Assembly: GCF_006345805.1 (NCBI RefSeq)
Contig: NC_043001.1
Span: forward strand, 12,462,001 to 12,526,000
Length of the DNA: 64,000 bases
DNA from: Octopus sinensis
Taxonomy: Eukaryota
Reading direction: 5' to 3'
Each line of letters starts with the position of its first letter. Position 1 is the stretch's first letter. The position numbers were made by a program, and so were the translations under genes. Below, in pieces: positions 22,926 through 36,872 of the stretch. A model generated the notes under the pieces. The model had not been told where the DNA came from and made no database searches. It saw only the letters and a list, made by a program, of their open reading frames with translations.

Positions 22926-23818
22926 TATGCGAGGTTTGCTCAATAAATATAAGGTTGACGCTAAAGCACGCAGGATAAAGCTGCCGGGCGCGCATTGAAT
23001 TTGACCTCTGTTGTGCATGCGCAATAAGTTTTAACGTTCTAACTCACTTCCGCTGTTTACAGCAGTGCTTGGAACGAAGGTGTATACTGTGAGGTCGTCG
23101 CATTGACCATCATAGCAGAGAATGTTGTCATGGCGATACCTACTCAGAGGCCTACACAAAGTTGCAGAAAGTGTATTGTGAGAACATTATGAGGCCCACG
23201 AATGTGTATGAGTGCTCCAGGCTCTTCCAAAATGGCCGAAAAAGGGTCGATATTGACGAACGCTCTGGGAGACCCGCAAACCAGCAGAACTGAGAAAAAC
23301 ATTGCAGATGTGCGCGCAGCTGTGAGGGGAAATCATGGAATCACCATCCGTGAGTTATCAGAGAGTGTGCAGATTAATTACGGATGAGTTCATTATCACT
23401 GAAGATTTAGGTATGAGACGCGTGCCTGCCAAGCTTGTGCCAAAACTACTTTCAGCTAACCAAGAAGACGCCCGGGTTTCAGTTGCACAAGATCTCCTTG
23501 ATTGTGTCGAGAACGTGGAAAACTTGTTGAACACTTTGTGCAGGCCACTGAGCAGGCATCGCAAGGCATTTCGCAAAATTTGATGCAGATTCTCTGCTCT
23601 ACTTTGTTTATTATGCTCAATGCGATGAGCACATGCTACACATCTTCCTTCGAAGCACACCAGTAAAAAGTGGAAGTGAGCTTGACCGTTACCTCGTAGA
23701 ACGCATGTAGAACAGAGTTTAAGGTCAATATGCGCCAAGCGGCTTTACTCGGGTTCTTTAGCGTCGTTAGTGTTTACTATAGCAACAGTCCAGATAATTA
23801 TTGACCCGATTCCGTGTA
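22926..23818 (+). mobile_element. Internally deleted mariner-like element
   Basis: DERSGRP..IRELSE..LGMRRVPAKLVPKLL (WVPxxL motif); degenerate TIRs CGAGG..CTCAATAAATAT and ATAATTATTGACCCGATTCCG. Confidence 0.85.
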
Positions 23819-23865
23819 TATATATATAATGCATCGGTTTGTATTCGCATGCATGTGTATACAAA

Positions 23866-23907
<42 letters not shown>

Positions 23908-23910
<3 letters not shown>

Positions 23911-24253
23911 GAGGCGCAATGACCCAGTGGTTAGGGCAGCGGACTCGCGGTCATAGGATCGCGATTTCGATTCCCAGACCGGGCGTTGTGAGAGTTTATT
24001 GAGCGAAAACACCTGAAAGCTCCACGAGGCTCCGGCAGGGGATGGTGGTGATCCGTGCTGTACTCTTTCACCACAACTTTCTCACACTCTTACTTCCTGT
24101 TTCTCTTGTACCTGTATTTCAAGGGCCGGCCTGTCACTCTCTGTGTCACGCTGAATATCCCCTAGAACTACGTTAAGGGTACACGTGTCTGTGGAGTGCT
24201 CAGCCACTTACACATTAATTTCACGAGCAGGCTATTCCGACGGAGTGCTTCCA
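23908..24253 (+). mobile_element. SINE family C
   Basis: Matches 16503-16891 with a deletion near the 3' end. Confidence 0.93.
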
Positions 24254-24265
24254 CACACACACACG

Positions 24266-24335
<70 letters not shown>

Positions 24336-24559
24336 GCGTGGCTTTGTATTCGCGTGCAGGTGTATACAAAGTATTATGTATATGCGTGTATATATATATA
24401 TATACATATATTTATATATAGGGAAATGTGTGACATCCTTGGTACATTTAGGTATATTTGAAAAATGAAAAGAATGACTGCAATGGTAGTTCTAATCAAT
24501 TTAATTTTATAATAATATAATAGAATTTTATAGTTTTGTTTGTAGGTCTAGTAACCTCT

Positions 24560-24930
24560 TTGTTAACATCGGTGAGCAGATCTTTTAAAGAGACATTGTT
24601 AACTTTTCTGAAGAACTTTCTCTCATTCGTCGGTGGAGGTTGTGAGTAGGGTGTGGTGGGGGTTTGTTAATAAATGTGGGAGTGAAGAATAGTGGATAAA
24701 CAAGAGCTGAAAGAAAAAGTGAATAACAAAACAAGTCAATTGTTTGAGGGTGGAGTTGGGAGGTGGGGCGCTGTAAAGGGCTTGGAAAGTGTCCTTCTGT
24801 TGGTTCCATTTGAATCGCTGGTTTTTGGTGCAAAATATAATTGTCAGATGCTTTTTCTTTCAAATTTTCTTATGGCTGAATCAACGATCTTAATTTCATA
24901 AAGAGAAGCTTCAGTAATTTTCTATGTTAA
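24560..24930 (-). mobile_element. Decayed Penelope-like GIY-YIG C-terminus and 3' region
   Basis: EASLYEIKIVDSAIRKFERK..YILHQKPAI, requiring a frameshift. Confidence 0.4.
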
Positions 24931-25124
24931 AGATGAGTTTAGGTATGTGAGTTGGAGGGGAGGTGCTTTTTCATAAATAGAGGATGATAGCAGAGAGAGA
25001 AAACACAAGGTTATTTCTGGAATGTTTGTTGATAGAAAAACATTTATTTTATATTGATTTGGGAGGGGAGGTGGAAGGAGATATGGTATTTCACTCATTT
25101 CCTTACAGAAAAAAACCAACAATT

Positions 25125-25378
25125 ATACATACATATATATATATATATGTATGTATGTTATATATATACACATATATACGTATATATACAGATATTTATA
25201 CATATACATGTACGTATACATACATACATACATATATATGTACGTATACATACATACATACATATATATGTATATATACATACATATGTATATATACATA
25301 CATACATATGTATACATACATACATATGTATGTATGTATACATACATAAGTATGTATGTATACATACATACATACATA
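25125..25378. repeat. Compound (TACA)n/(TA)n microsatellite
   Basis: Directly visible. Confidence 0.95.
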
Positions 25379-25429
25379 AGGTCTAATAGCTTAAAAAAGT
25401 AAAAGATCAAAGACAAACAAACGTTGCTC

Positions 25430-25836
25430 TTTGGCAACAAGCTTGCTACCCAACAACATGGTTCTGCATTCAGTCCCACAGCACGGCAATTTGGGCAAAT
25501 GTTTTCTGCTATATCTTCGGCCCGACCAAACCCTGGAGAGTGGATTTCGTATACGCAAAACCTGAAGTCGTGTGTGTGTGTGTGTGTGTGTGCGTTTGTG
25601 TGTGCGCGCGCGCGCGAGTATGAGCCTTTGCGTTTAACCCAATCACTGCTGGTCAACCAGCGTTGGGGTGTTTAATTTCTTTAAATTTGCGGTTCGACAA
25701 GAGACCGTTTGAACAAGTTCTAGCCTTAAAAAATGATTCCTTGTGTAATTTTGATCGACTAAAATAATGACCCTTGAAGGCGGTGCTCCAGTATGGCCAC
25801 AGTCAAATATCTGAAACAAGTAAAAGAATAAAAGAA
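25430..25836 (+). mobile_element. Older SINE family B copy
   Basis: Diverged but colinear with family B. Confidence 0.8.
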
Positions 25837-26640
25837 TAGCAACAGAAATACAGCCATGGGCCAAAGTTCATACACAGACAAATATGCTGAACCATATAGT
25901 TCCGAAGAGGGGAAACAATTGTTGATCAAAATAAAAACAGAAAATTCACCTTAAATATGTAAATTATTGATCACGTGTTTATAACGTCACATTATTAATA
26001 TGTGGTTTTCATACATAATCCAATGAAAAATAATTGTTTAAAAACTGAAAGCAACAAACCTTTGAATTGTGTTTACTGTTTCTAATCGTTTTTACTGAAT
26101 AATTTGAGTTTTCTCTTTCTGGTGCGTTGTTATAGATTAATCAACTGTTTTTTCATAATTCTTAATAAACAATAATTTTCCTCAATCAAATGGTAAAGTA
26201 TCGGACTGCTTCCGGGATTCAGAAATGTAACGTCAAACCACTGTACACATTGCACCTTCTCAAACAGCGGTCACTAACGTCACGCTCGTCTTAAACAATT
26301 TGATTCTTTACTGATCAAAACTGGATCCTCAGCGAAAAAGAAGTAAACAGTAAGCTGGCCGAAACTATAACATCCGAAAAACTAGTAACATATTCAGGCA
26401 GTTAGCCAAAGGAAATACTGGAAGATGGATGGCAAAAACAAGTGGCATCTTGAAATTTACAACGAATCGCAATTTGAACTTATGCAAAGGAATTTCATTT
26501 TAAAATAATTCAAGATCTCACCAACAAACCCAGCAATAAAGAAGTTTCTTTCGTCTAGTACGACAAGAGTTTCAAAAGAAACAAAATACTTCTGTTTTCT
26601 TATACATTTAGAAAGTCACCATATCTAATTGTTAATATAA

Positions 26641-27030
26641 CTAGTAGTATCGCACGGCGTTGCTCGGGTTTGTTTCGACCCTCTAGAATTGGAATTTTTG
26701 AAAAGTAAAAATTTAGCATTATGTAGCTTGTTATTCTCTTTAAAGTGAACCATTGCTTGTTGAAATACACCGAATAATGGCGACACGGCAGTCAAAAAAT
26801 CGTAAAAAATAGGGATTTTCATAGAAAAAAAGCACCTTTTTGATGTAAATAATTTTTGGTGTTAAAATGGTTCGATTTGAACTTTTTCTTCTACGGAAAG
26901 ATGAGTAAGCCTTCTTCTATCATACTCTCAATTTTGGTCAACTTGCGCCGCAGGGTCTCGGAGAAGATAGTGTTAGTTGAAGGCTACCAAACCTGCCATA
27001 CACATACAACTTCAGCTTTATAGAGAGAGA
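26641..27030 (-). mobile_element. Non-autonomous Helitron
   Basis: Minus strand starts (A)TCTCTCTCTATAAAGCTGAAGTTG and ends CCCGAGCAACGCCGTGCGATACTACTAG(T). Confidence 0.8.
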
Positions 27031-27338
27031 TTTAGCGATACTAAACGTTCAATCATGCACGACTGATTTAAAATCCATAGAACATTTGAGCATTCATTAT
27101 TGTCTATTTCTGTGAAATTTGTGAAACATTGGAATTTGTGAGAACATATAATTTTTGAAACGCGATTTTTCGAATTTTCTCTTGTACCTTCAATGTCTAA
27201 TATACTCTTGTGATTTGCCATTGATAAACAAAAGAAATGCGGAAATCGAGTTCGTATTTTGTTAAATTCGTTACAGAATTCAAAACTACAACTGGTAGTA
27301 TGACTCGGGTGTATTTTCATCTTCCAAAACGAGCAGTC

Positions 27339-27461
<123 letters not shown>

Positions 27462-27472
27462 ATATATATTAT

Positions 27473-27517
<45 letters not shown>

Positions 27518-27779
27518 TATATTATTTAGGTGTGTGTGTGCATTGTTGTTATTCTTTCTTTAGAATACTCTGTATCAAAGCTCTTACAGAGCAATTCTTT
27601 TCATTCGTATTTATAAATTTTATAACCACGCAAGCAACGGATCTACTGTCTTACTCCGTATATTTATAGTTCCGTAAATTATTATGAAACTTCCTCTATG
27701 CCTGATGTAGTCTTTCTATAAATCTTCAATAAATATATATATATATTTATTGTGTAATATATATATTTATTGTGTTGAA

Positions 27780-28542
27780 CTTTTCTTGAAGTTTCTATGT
27801 TGATTTCTGTTGCACGTCTGATCCCATCCTCTATGAGTTGAGCTGGTAATGTCTGTCAATTAGGGTGTTTTTGAGTTCTTGCAGTCTAAAGTTCCTGGTA
27901 TTTTGTTCTGACACTATTGTGCATATCCTTCTTGCAAGGTTGAAGGGGATGTTTGTTTTAGTGTGTCTTGGGTGGCATGAATTAAAAATAAGGTATTGTT
28001 TGGCGTCTGTGGCTTTGTAAAAAATGTCTGTTTCTATTTTAAGGTTAATTTTTTTAATTAGTATATCCAAGAACGGGAGCTCCTTTTGCTTGTATTCCAT
28101 TGTGAACTGTATATTTGGGTTTATGCTGTTCAATAGGTTTTTAAATTTTAGGAGTTTATCTGTGTTTTCATTCCAGAGTATAAAACAATCGTCTAAGAAT
28201 TGTTTCCAATTCTCCTTTATGTATTGAGAAAGGGGGTTTCCAAAGATTGATAAAGATTCCTGGTAAATGATTATTTCCATGTAGCCCATTGTTAGGTTCG
28301 CAATGACTGGTGCTGCCCTTGTACCCATAGCAATTCCGGATTTTTGACGGTAAAATGTATTGTCAAACATGAAGTGGTTACTGTGTAGGATGAATTCAAT
28401 TGATTTAGTAATGAATTCTTTACTGATCCTTTTTGGTATTTCTTCCGGAAATTGGTCCAGCCAGAACTGTATTGCCTCTAGTCCATAATTATGAGGTATA
28501 CTGGTATATAGGTTAACTACATCAAATGAAACCAGGATATAA

Positions 28543-28545
<3 letters not shown>
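27780..28545 (-). mobile_element. Penelope-like reverse transcriptase fragment between (TA)n arrays
   Basis: LVSFDVVNLYTSIPH; FYRQKSGIAMGTRAAP; WKQFLDDCFILW; LPFLDILI; SCHPRHTKTNIPFNLARRIC. Confidence 0.93.
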
Positions 28546-28576
<31 letters not shown>

Positions 28577-28587
28577 ATTTTTTTTTC

Positions 28588-28856
28588 TGGTGTATGTTGA
28601 AAGAGAAAGTTTACTCAATCAAGAGATTTAAAACACATGAGATAACGCATTACCAGTCAGTGGGCTGAAATTGATGGCAATGTAGACTTATTTAATCAAG
28701 TGCAACTAAATTTTGCCGGGCACATCAAGTTATGCATTGAAAATGATGGAAATCACTTTGAAAATATTATCTATTAACATTATAATTAAATAAAATTGTT
28801 TTGTTCTAAAAGTATGTGTTAATCTCCATGTACGCAGACTTTGTTGACACCCTCTA
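28588..28856 (+). mobile_element. Tc1/mariner superfamily 3' fragment
   Basis: LKEKVYS..KLCIENDGNHFENIIY* followed by a TIR-like end ..GTTGACACCCTC and TA. Confidence 0.65.
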
Positions 28857-29734
28857 TTATTTTGTAAAACAATATTGAATTAGTTTAAACGTACACAAAT
28901 GCATAAAAGTAATTTTTAATTGAATTAGACATTTGAAAATACTATTAAATTTCATTCAAATCTAAAAAAAAAAGGTACAATTGGACAGAAATGATTGAAT
29001 TACATGATATATATAATCTATGATATTCTAGTAGGTTTCAAGTTTATAACACCTTGATATCTCATGTTATCTCATTTTATATGCCTAAGACCTTTATTTT
29101 CTATTCTGGTTTTTATATATTTCTTTACATTATACTTGTATCTATAATTTATATTAAGCCGAAACATAATACGATCCTTGTACGAATGAGAGAACAAGAA
29201 TGTCATCTGGAACTTTTATCTTCCACAGATGTTTGTAATTGATGGTGACATGTGCGATGATTTTGCGATTATTTTCTATTTTACAGAGAAATTGGAAGCC
29301 CCGAATGTAAGCCACCAATTTATGCATAACTCAATATTTATAGTTCTCTATTTCTAACTGAAATTCTGTCCTCAATAATCATAGATATTATTTCTAAATG
29401 TAATTCTTTTTCTTCTCGTTCAGCTTATAACTATAAGACGCATTCTAGTCTGTCTCCTGACACAGCTTTTTTTCTCCAGCGTTCACCATTTCACCTCGCT
29501 AGGGTTACACAGCCATTACCGAATGTGTTCACTGACCTGTTTTTGTTAGCAGCTTTGACGTTCCACGTATCTCAAATTTTATTTAATTTGCTTTGGGGGA
29601 GCAATTGTTTGAGGAAGACGCATCTCGTTGGAATGCTCGAATTGCGGAGTAGGTAAAACTGCCAAACTGAGGAGGGGTTATTTTTTCATGCTGCCTTCGC
29701 GCTATAGTTCCCTATATATATTTGCAATTCTTTC

Positions 29735-30735
29735 TTTCTTTCTTTCTAGCCAAGCCAAGCCAAGCCATCTGTTATAGTGACACCAGCGGCATAGCGTTGA
29801 CTGTGGGCCTGTAGCTGTGTACAGTCGCCTCAATGGAGAATATTATGTCAATAGTTGATCTGCTTCTTCTAAAGCCAAACTGCGATTCTGGATAAATTCG
29901 AGAAGCCAGCAGTTGTAGCCTGGACAGGATAATGTGAGCAAAGGCTTTTCCAACAGTGCTTAGAAGAGATTACACGGTAATTGTTACAATCACCACGGTC
30001 ACCTTTGTTCTTGTAAAGCGTAATGGTGTTAGCATCCCGCATATACTGGGGATTGGATCCTCTTCCTAGCACTGAAACAGAAGCTCATAACGGTGCCGAA
30101 GCAGGATGGTGTTTTTGCCGGTTTTGATGATCTTTAAGGGGATGCCGTCTTTTCCCGGAGCTTTGTTACTTGCTAGAGAGTCAATAGTCTTGGTGAGCTC
30201 TGCTATAGATGGCAGACTGTCAAGTTCATAGATGACTAGCAAGATCTTGACACCCTCGATTGCAGCCTCAGCTACTGTGGACCCTGTGAGTACAGATCCT
30301 GCTAGTACTCCACCCATGTATCCATTTGCTTGCTTTGGTCCTTGATGAGATCTCCAGTAGTTGAATTCAGAGGGGCTGACCTGGTTGCTGATGGACCGAG
30401 GGCCTTCTTCAAACCGGCATACATTCCACGGGGGTCGCCACTTTCAGCAGCTGACTTGAATTCCTGACAATACCTATTTGCACAGTGTCTGACAGTCAGT
30501 TGGGTTTTATTTCTTGCTTTTCTGAGTTCTTCGAGTGACTTTGTAGAAGAATCTCTCTTGTATTGCATCAGAGATGCACGCTTTACTTCGATAACTGTTT
30601 CCAGCTCTGAACAAAATATGGGTTTTGCCTTTCTTTCATGACGAAAGTATCTATTGATGTGGTATACAAAGCTTCCCTGATATAATTCCACCAACTTTCA
30701 GCAGAAGAGGTTATGCAGCTACTGAGGGCAACCTT
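29735..30735 (-). mobile_element. RTE-clade LINE fragment (EN-RT linker and RT start joined to the 3' end)
   Basis: GMYAGLKKALGP; KAPGKDGIP; MRDANTITLYKNKGDRGDCNNYRVIS; YPESQFGF; ends GCTTGGCTTGGCT. Confidence 0.88.
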
Positions 30736-30822
30736 GATAGAAACAGCTTAAATTGTCGCAGTGTAGGGTGCATACATACACACACACTCACACACACACA
30801 CACATACACACACACACACACC

Positions 30823-30854
<32 letters not shown>

Positions 30855-30870
<16 letters not shown>

Positions 30871-32230
30871 AACTTATAAACAAGGGCAAAAGAAAATTAT
30901 TTCCATGCTGATAAGAGACTTTTAAATCGTCAAGTTCCACATAGGCGCAGGAGTGGCTGTGTGGTAAGTAGATTGCTTACCAACCACATGGTTCCGGGTT
31001 CAGTCCCACTGCGTGATACTTTGGGCAGGTGTCTTCTACAGCCTCGGGCCGACCAAAGCCTTGTGAATGTATTTGGTAGACCGAAACTGAAAGAAGCCCG
31101 TCGTGTATATGTATATGTGTGTTTGTGCCTGTGTTCGTCCCCCCCACATCTCTTGACAACCGATGCTGGTGTGTTCATGTCCCCGTAACCTAGCGGTTCG
31201 GCAAAAGGGACCGATAGAATAAGTACTAGGCTTACAAAGAATAAGTCCTGGGGTCGATTTGCTCGACTAAAGGCGGTGCTCCGGCATCGCCGCAGTCAAA
31301 TAACTGAAACAAGTAAAAGAGAGTAAAAAGTAAAAGAGTATATTATATATTCACTACAGAAATACGTTGTACTGAAATCGGGAAGCTAGTCAACAGAATT
31401 GTTTTTTCAAAATTTTGTTACTTCTATATTGAAAAAATTCCGGAATTAATCTCATAAAAGATTTTTTCCTCTTCAGTAGAAAAATACGATAAGAAATAAA
31501 TTAAATTTATGCGCCCATGCAAAGGTCATGAGTACATATAAGTACATACAACGTATTTCTGTAGTGAGTATATAATATGTGGAAATTGACCTTTTAAAAG
31601 TCTGTTATCAGCATATTGGCGTAGAAATAATTTTCTTTTGCCCTTGTTTATAACGTGTTTATAATTTTGATCTTTAAAGGTATTTTAATATGCTGCCACT
31701 TTTTGATGATATTATTTCTGTAAAAACTTCATCCTATATTTGTAGTAGATTTATTTCTATTCACTATAGAGACTGGTAACCTACTATAAGCTGTGGTGGA
31801 GACCAGTTCACACGTATGCTGAGGCTAGTCAAAGGATTTTTATATTTAGATATAACTGGGGTAGTTATATGTACTCAGGACTTTTGCTTCGGCATTTTTC
31901 CCAGGCGCGCATGTAAGTATTTCCTTTATATCTTATATTTTCTACTGAGGAGGAAAAATCTATGAGATTACTTCCGAAATTGATTCAATATAGACATTAA
32001 AAAAAAAATTCTGTTGACTAGCTTCCCGATTTCAGTACAACGTATTTCTGTGGTGAGTATATAATATGTGGAAATTGACGATTTAGAATTCTGTTATCAG
32101 CATATTGGCATAGAAATAATTTTCTTTTGCCCTTGTTTATAAGTTGTTTATAATTTTAACCTTTAAAGGTATTTTAATATGCTACCACTTTTTGATGACA
32201 TTTTTTGTGTAAAAAAACTTCATCCTATAT
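30855..32230. repeat. Foldback structure: left arm 30855-31500 (split by a SINE), right arm 31915-32150, extra direct copy 31549-31742
   Basis: GTACTGAAATCGGGAAGCTAGTCAACAGAATT at about 31367 versus AATTCTGTTGACTAGCTTCCCGATTTCAGTAC at about 32007; 31549-31742 matches 32037-32230. Confidence 0.9.
30941..31338 (+). mobile_element. SINE family B
   Basis: Full-length; interrupts the left arm of the foldback. Confidence 0.93.
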
Positions 32231-33560
32231 TACTATATACACACGCACGCACGCACGCACGCACATATATATATGCTTATGTGTTTTGCCTATTTTCATG
32301 AGCTTAAGTACTTGTATAACATACGTACAATAGATAACTTTGATATTTATTCTATTTTATGCCTGTGTATATGTAACGTATTGATATTAGGTTTATTCTC
32401 CTCTTTTTAAAAGGTGAAAGTCCTATTTCCATTGTCTGTTTTCTTCTTTTGCTTTACACCCGATTGTTTGTATCACATTTACTCTTGTTATTGATTCCAT
32501 TAGAGCTAGTTAATTGCTATAGAATTTATGTCATTTTGATTCCCTTGGCTTCAAACATTGTGATTGCATTATTTGTGGGCTTTGTTTATTTTTTTGCTTT
32601 GTGAAGCGAACAGCGTTGTTTCTTAATTTAATAAGTTTTTATTATATTCTTTATCAAAATTTTTCTTTAGATTTTCACTCCCAACTTTTATGACTTCGAG
32701 AGCATATATTTTACAGAATCCTTCACAAAAATATCGTGCGCTTATGATTCAACTCGATTAGGTTAATACAATGGCTTCCTTTTCTTAGACTCTACCTCAT
32801 TATCAGGAGACGAATCTACTTCCACTTACCAGATAAAGCAAATTCTTATAATAATACACATTTCTGTAGCCAGCGCGCCCAATATATATCTGACACGGGA
32901 ATTAGATCTAATGATAAGAATGGAAAAGAAATAACTAAAGATTTATGTGCTTCTTATCATAGGCCAGTTGTTGCCTGTTTAAGAAAGAAAACACGTTTCG
33001 ATTGTTTGCTTCTAAAGAGAATTTGAGATAAGTAGATTGCACCTGGAAGCGAACTAATCATAGCATTCATGGTTTGGAGTAACACCGAGAAAGATTTCTC
33101 ATTAAATATATATTTCCTGTAACCAATTCCTCTGGAGTTAATTCCTGATAGCAATGCCAGTGAAATCAGATTGGCGACGTACGAATTACAACGATAAGCC
33201 TAACATAAAATTAGACGGCGCATGCAGATTAATTTCCTTTGGAAACGGGTTAGAATGCAAAGCGAAAGAATTCTAGACACAAAACTCCCGAAATATTATT
33301 GTCGTCATGTATTTCATCTGTTTCTGATTTTCTTTCGTTTTGGATGTTTTAACAATTCTTTTTTGATTGAAGTTTTCTTACCTATTTACGAATTACTGCT
33401 AATTTCCAAAGTTTCAATACTTTTCGGTGGCTTTTGCCTAGCTAGTGATTGAAAGAATAAAAAAAATATCTGTAGAAACTATTTCAAGAAAGTTATGAAT
33501 CTGAAATATGTGTCACTTGATAATAAATGTGTAAATATATATTATATATATATATATATA

Positions 33561-34396
33561 TACATAATATATACAAAACTGAGAACGTGTGTCTGTCTGG
33601 CTGTGTGTTTCCCTAAACTTTGAGAACTACACAACCAATTTCATTTAAATTTTACACATGCCTTACTTAGGGTCCATGTAGTGTCATGGGAAAAGCAATT
33701 TCTAACTTCTTGCCTAGGGCGAGCCCTCAGCAATATCGTATCTTCTCCACTATTTCAGTCTTGAGTGTTAAAAGGGAAATATATATACATGTATATACAT
33801 AGCTGTATATGTATACATGTATATGTATAGCTGTATATGTATAGATGTATTTCTATAGATATACATGTATGTCTAGATGTATATATATATATATATATAG
33901 ATAGATAGATGTACATATAATATGTACACATATATATATACACATATATATATGCATACATATATACACCCACCCACACACACACACACATACACACCCA
34001 TACATAAGTGCAGTTGTGGCTGTGTGGTAACAAACTTGATTCGAAAACACATGGTCTTCAGCTCAGTCCCACTGTGTGGTAACTTGGCATGTGTCTTCTG
34101 CTATAGCCTCAGACCAACCAAACCTGGTCAGTGGATTTTGTAGACAGAAACTGAAAGAAATCAATTGTATGTATATGTATGTATATATGTGTGTGTCTTT
34201 GTGTTTCTCCCTCATCACTGCTTCACAACATGTTCGTTTATTTAAATCCCCGTAACTTACAGGTTTCACAAGAAGAAACTGATAGAATAAGTACCAGGCT
34301 TATCAAAATATAAAAATGACTACGAAGTTTCTCGTATTTTTGTTTGCCCACTCAGTTGTATATATCAATTTATCTTTGTGTGTGTGTGTTTGTGTA

Positions 34397-34430
<34 letters not shown>

Positions 34431-34951
34431 ACATAGTTTTTGAACCGGTACTTCAAGTAACGACTAGGGTAGGGTAACTGACTGTTTATTGTTATCATTC
34501 GTCTTTTGGTTTCCTGTAGCTTTGCTCTCCTTTACAAACCCAGTGAACATATATTTCCTATTTCAAATAACTTCAAACAATAGATATAAGACCCAAGTTA
34601 AAAAGATTTTCAACAATTCAACTTCTCTGGTTGACATTAAGATGCCCACCCCCAACAGGGGCCTTAACTCTCACATTTTAGAGCTCCATGACCTTAATTT
34701 TTTAGGAGCAAAATCTTTTTAACAGGTTCAATAACTATGGAATTTTGGAATATGCCCGTAAAAATCAGTAGTATGGGATACATGTGTCACGATTACAAAT
34801 TTTTTTAGGGAGTGTAAAGAGGGAAATAACCCTCATCTGCAATTTTGATGAAATTCGAAACATAGATATTTCAGCTCATTACAGAAAATATAACATAAAA
34901 GTCTAATTCTTCAATTGAACGTAACCGGGCAACGCCGGGTATCTCTGCTAG
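33561..34951 (+). mobile_element. Non-autonomous Helitron with nested microsatellite and SINE
   Basis: 5' ATAATATATACAAAACTGAGAACGTGTGTCTG; 3' CCGGGCAACGCCGGG hairpin then CTAG at 34948-34951. Assigning both ends to one element is inference. Confidence 0.55.
34004..34305 (+). mobile_element. Older SINE family B copy
   Basis: Diverged head and body. Confidence 0.8.
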
Positions 34952-35748
34952 TTTAGAATAAAGACTACGGCACAAAGTACTACTATGTATTTCGTTCTTG
35001 TTGCTCATTTTTGCTACAAACTTAAGCTTTAAATAAAATTGTAATGATACTGTCTTAAACTAATTTTACCGATAAATTTGAAACGTTTATATTCATTTAG
35101 CATTAGAATTCTTCAAGTTGTATAGAAATAGTTATTGTCTGCATCATTCGAAAGAGAAATAAATTCTGCATAAGGTGTAAACGATTAAAATAATTTGTAT
35201 GGTGTTAGTAACAAAATATTTTGTAAGAAATAGAACTTTTATCAACGGTTTTAAATTTATTTTCGCCAGTGTATACATATGTGTGTGTACGTTTGTGTTG
35301 TGTATGTTCCTTCACTGCGTTGATGCGTGAACCTCTCCGCAAGTTACAGCTTCGGCAAAAGGCACCTCTAGGCAAAGTACCAAGCTCAAAATAGCATCAA
35401 CTGTATGTTGACTGAATATAAGTAGCTGACGTAATTTTAAGAAAAATATACTTTCTAAATACAAAAGCCATGTAAAAAAAAAAAACAATAGTAGCAGGAG
35501 GCACGATGTCATATGTGGAGGGGTGTTCATGTCATAATACCTGTCATTGTCACGCTAGTTCCAACCTTTAAATTTGTTTTCAACTAATTGCGTCACTTGT
35601 GAATGGAAGTGTACAATTTGACACGCACATATAGCTATTCTGTGTGTAAAACAGTATGAAACCTTAATATATGTGTGTGTGTTAGTGTGTGCGCGTTGAG
35701 CGAGCGTGTATGCGTGTGTGTGTGCGTGTGTGTATGTCTGCCTGTCTA

Positions 35749-35788
<40 letters not shown>

Positions 35789-35820
35789 ATATATATATAT
35801 ATATATACATATATACATAT

Positions 35821-36115
35821 GCATATATTCCGTTGTGTCTGTGGAGAGTCATTCTCTTTTAGTGCCCTATTATTTAACACACTCACTGGTAAAATTTCCA
35901 CTCATTTCTTATTTTTATTTTCTAAAATTTACGTTGCGTCTTGAAAGATGCAACGAAATGTTAGAAAATAAAAATAAGAAAGAAATGAAAATTTTACCGG
36001 TGAGTGTGTTAAATAATAAGGCACTAAAAGAGAATGACTCTCCCCAGACACAACAGAATATGCTTCAACACACGAACTCATATAAAGAATCTTGCAAACC
36101 AAATCCCAAAACGAA

Positions 36116-36118
<3 letters not shown>
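35821..36118. repeat. Palindromic repeat (arms about 120 bp) with a one-sided extension; same family as 63490-63856
   Basis: Centre CGTTGCGTCTT ga AAGATGCAACG. Confidence 0.92.
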
Positions 36119-36155
<37 letters not shown>

Positions 36156-36258
36156 ATGTATGTATGTATGATATATACACTGGCGTATACATATGTAGTT
36201 ATGTGCGCGGGTGTGTGCAATATATGCGCGCACGTGTGTATGTGTGTGGAAAGGAGCT

Positions 36259-36400
36259 GAGCTGGCAGAATTGTCTTTAAGTTCTGTATTCAAGTTCCAC
36301 CGACGTCTGCTTTGCCATTCATCATTTCTCGCTTGATCAAATAATACAGATCAAGTACTTGTGGTTCCTATAATCGAAAAGCGCTCTCTCCTCAAAATCC
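36259..36400 (+). mobile_element. Old SINE family A-like fragment
   Basis: GAGCTGGCAGAATTG..TTCAAGTTCCACCGACGTCTGCTTTGCCATTCATC. Confidence 0.55.
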
Positions 36401-36872
36401 ACCGGACGCTGGGGGACGGGAGGCGGTGGTGAGAAATGATTGATCCACGGTTGCTGACCCACCAATACGTGGAGGTTAAGTTTCAGTCTCGTAAGACTCG
36501 ATGGTAGTTATACAATGTCTGATGACGTCAATCCCGCCCAGCTAAAGCAACATTCACAAAAAGTGAATGAAAAAGAAGTATCGCTTCTTTGTCAGATATT
36601 ATCAATAAAACTCACAAACACACACGCACGCAATTAGACACCCACACAATAAGAGAGACACACGCACAATGTGACACATACACACAATGAGACACACACA
36701 AAATAAGACACACACACGCAATGACACATACACGCGCACAATGAAACACACGCGTGTGTTTAGTTACATGAAAGCGAATATATTGCATTTTATATGTAAA
36801 CTAACGTATTGTTGTTTAATTTTTTAATATTTTTATCATTACTGTTATTTTCCTTCTTTCATTTTTTATAAA

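Noticed and set aside
32830-32907. Minus-strand 78-nt segment with strong splice sites; one frame reads DIYWARW, resembling microbial rhodopsin helix C
   Set aside because: That frame hits a stop within the segment and the match is only a few residues. The open frame (SNSRVRYILGALATEMCIIIRICFI) has no recognisable homology or partner exon.
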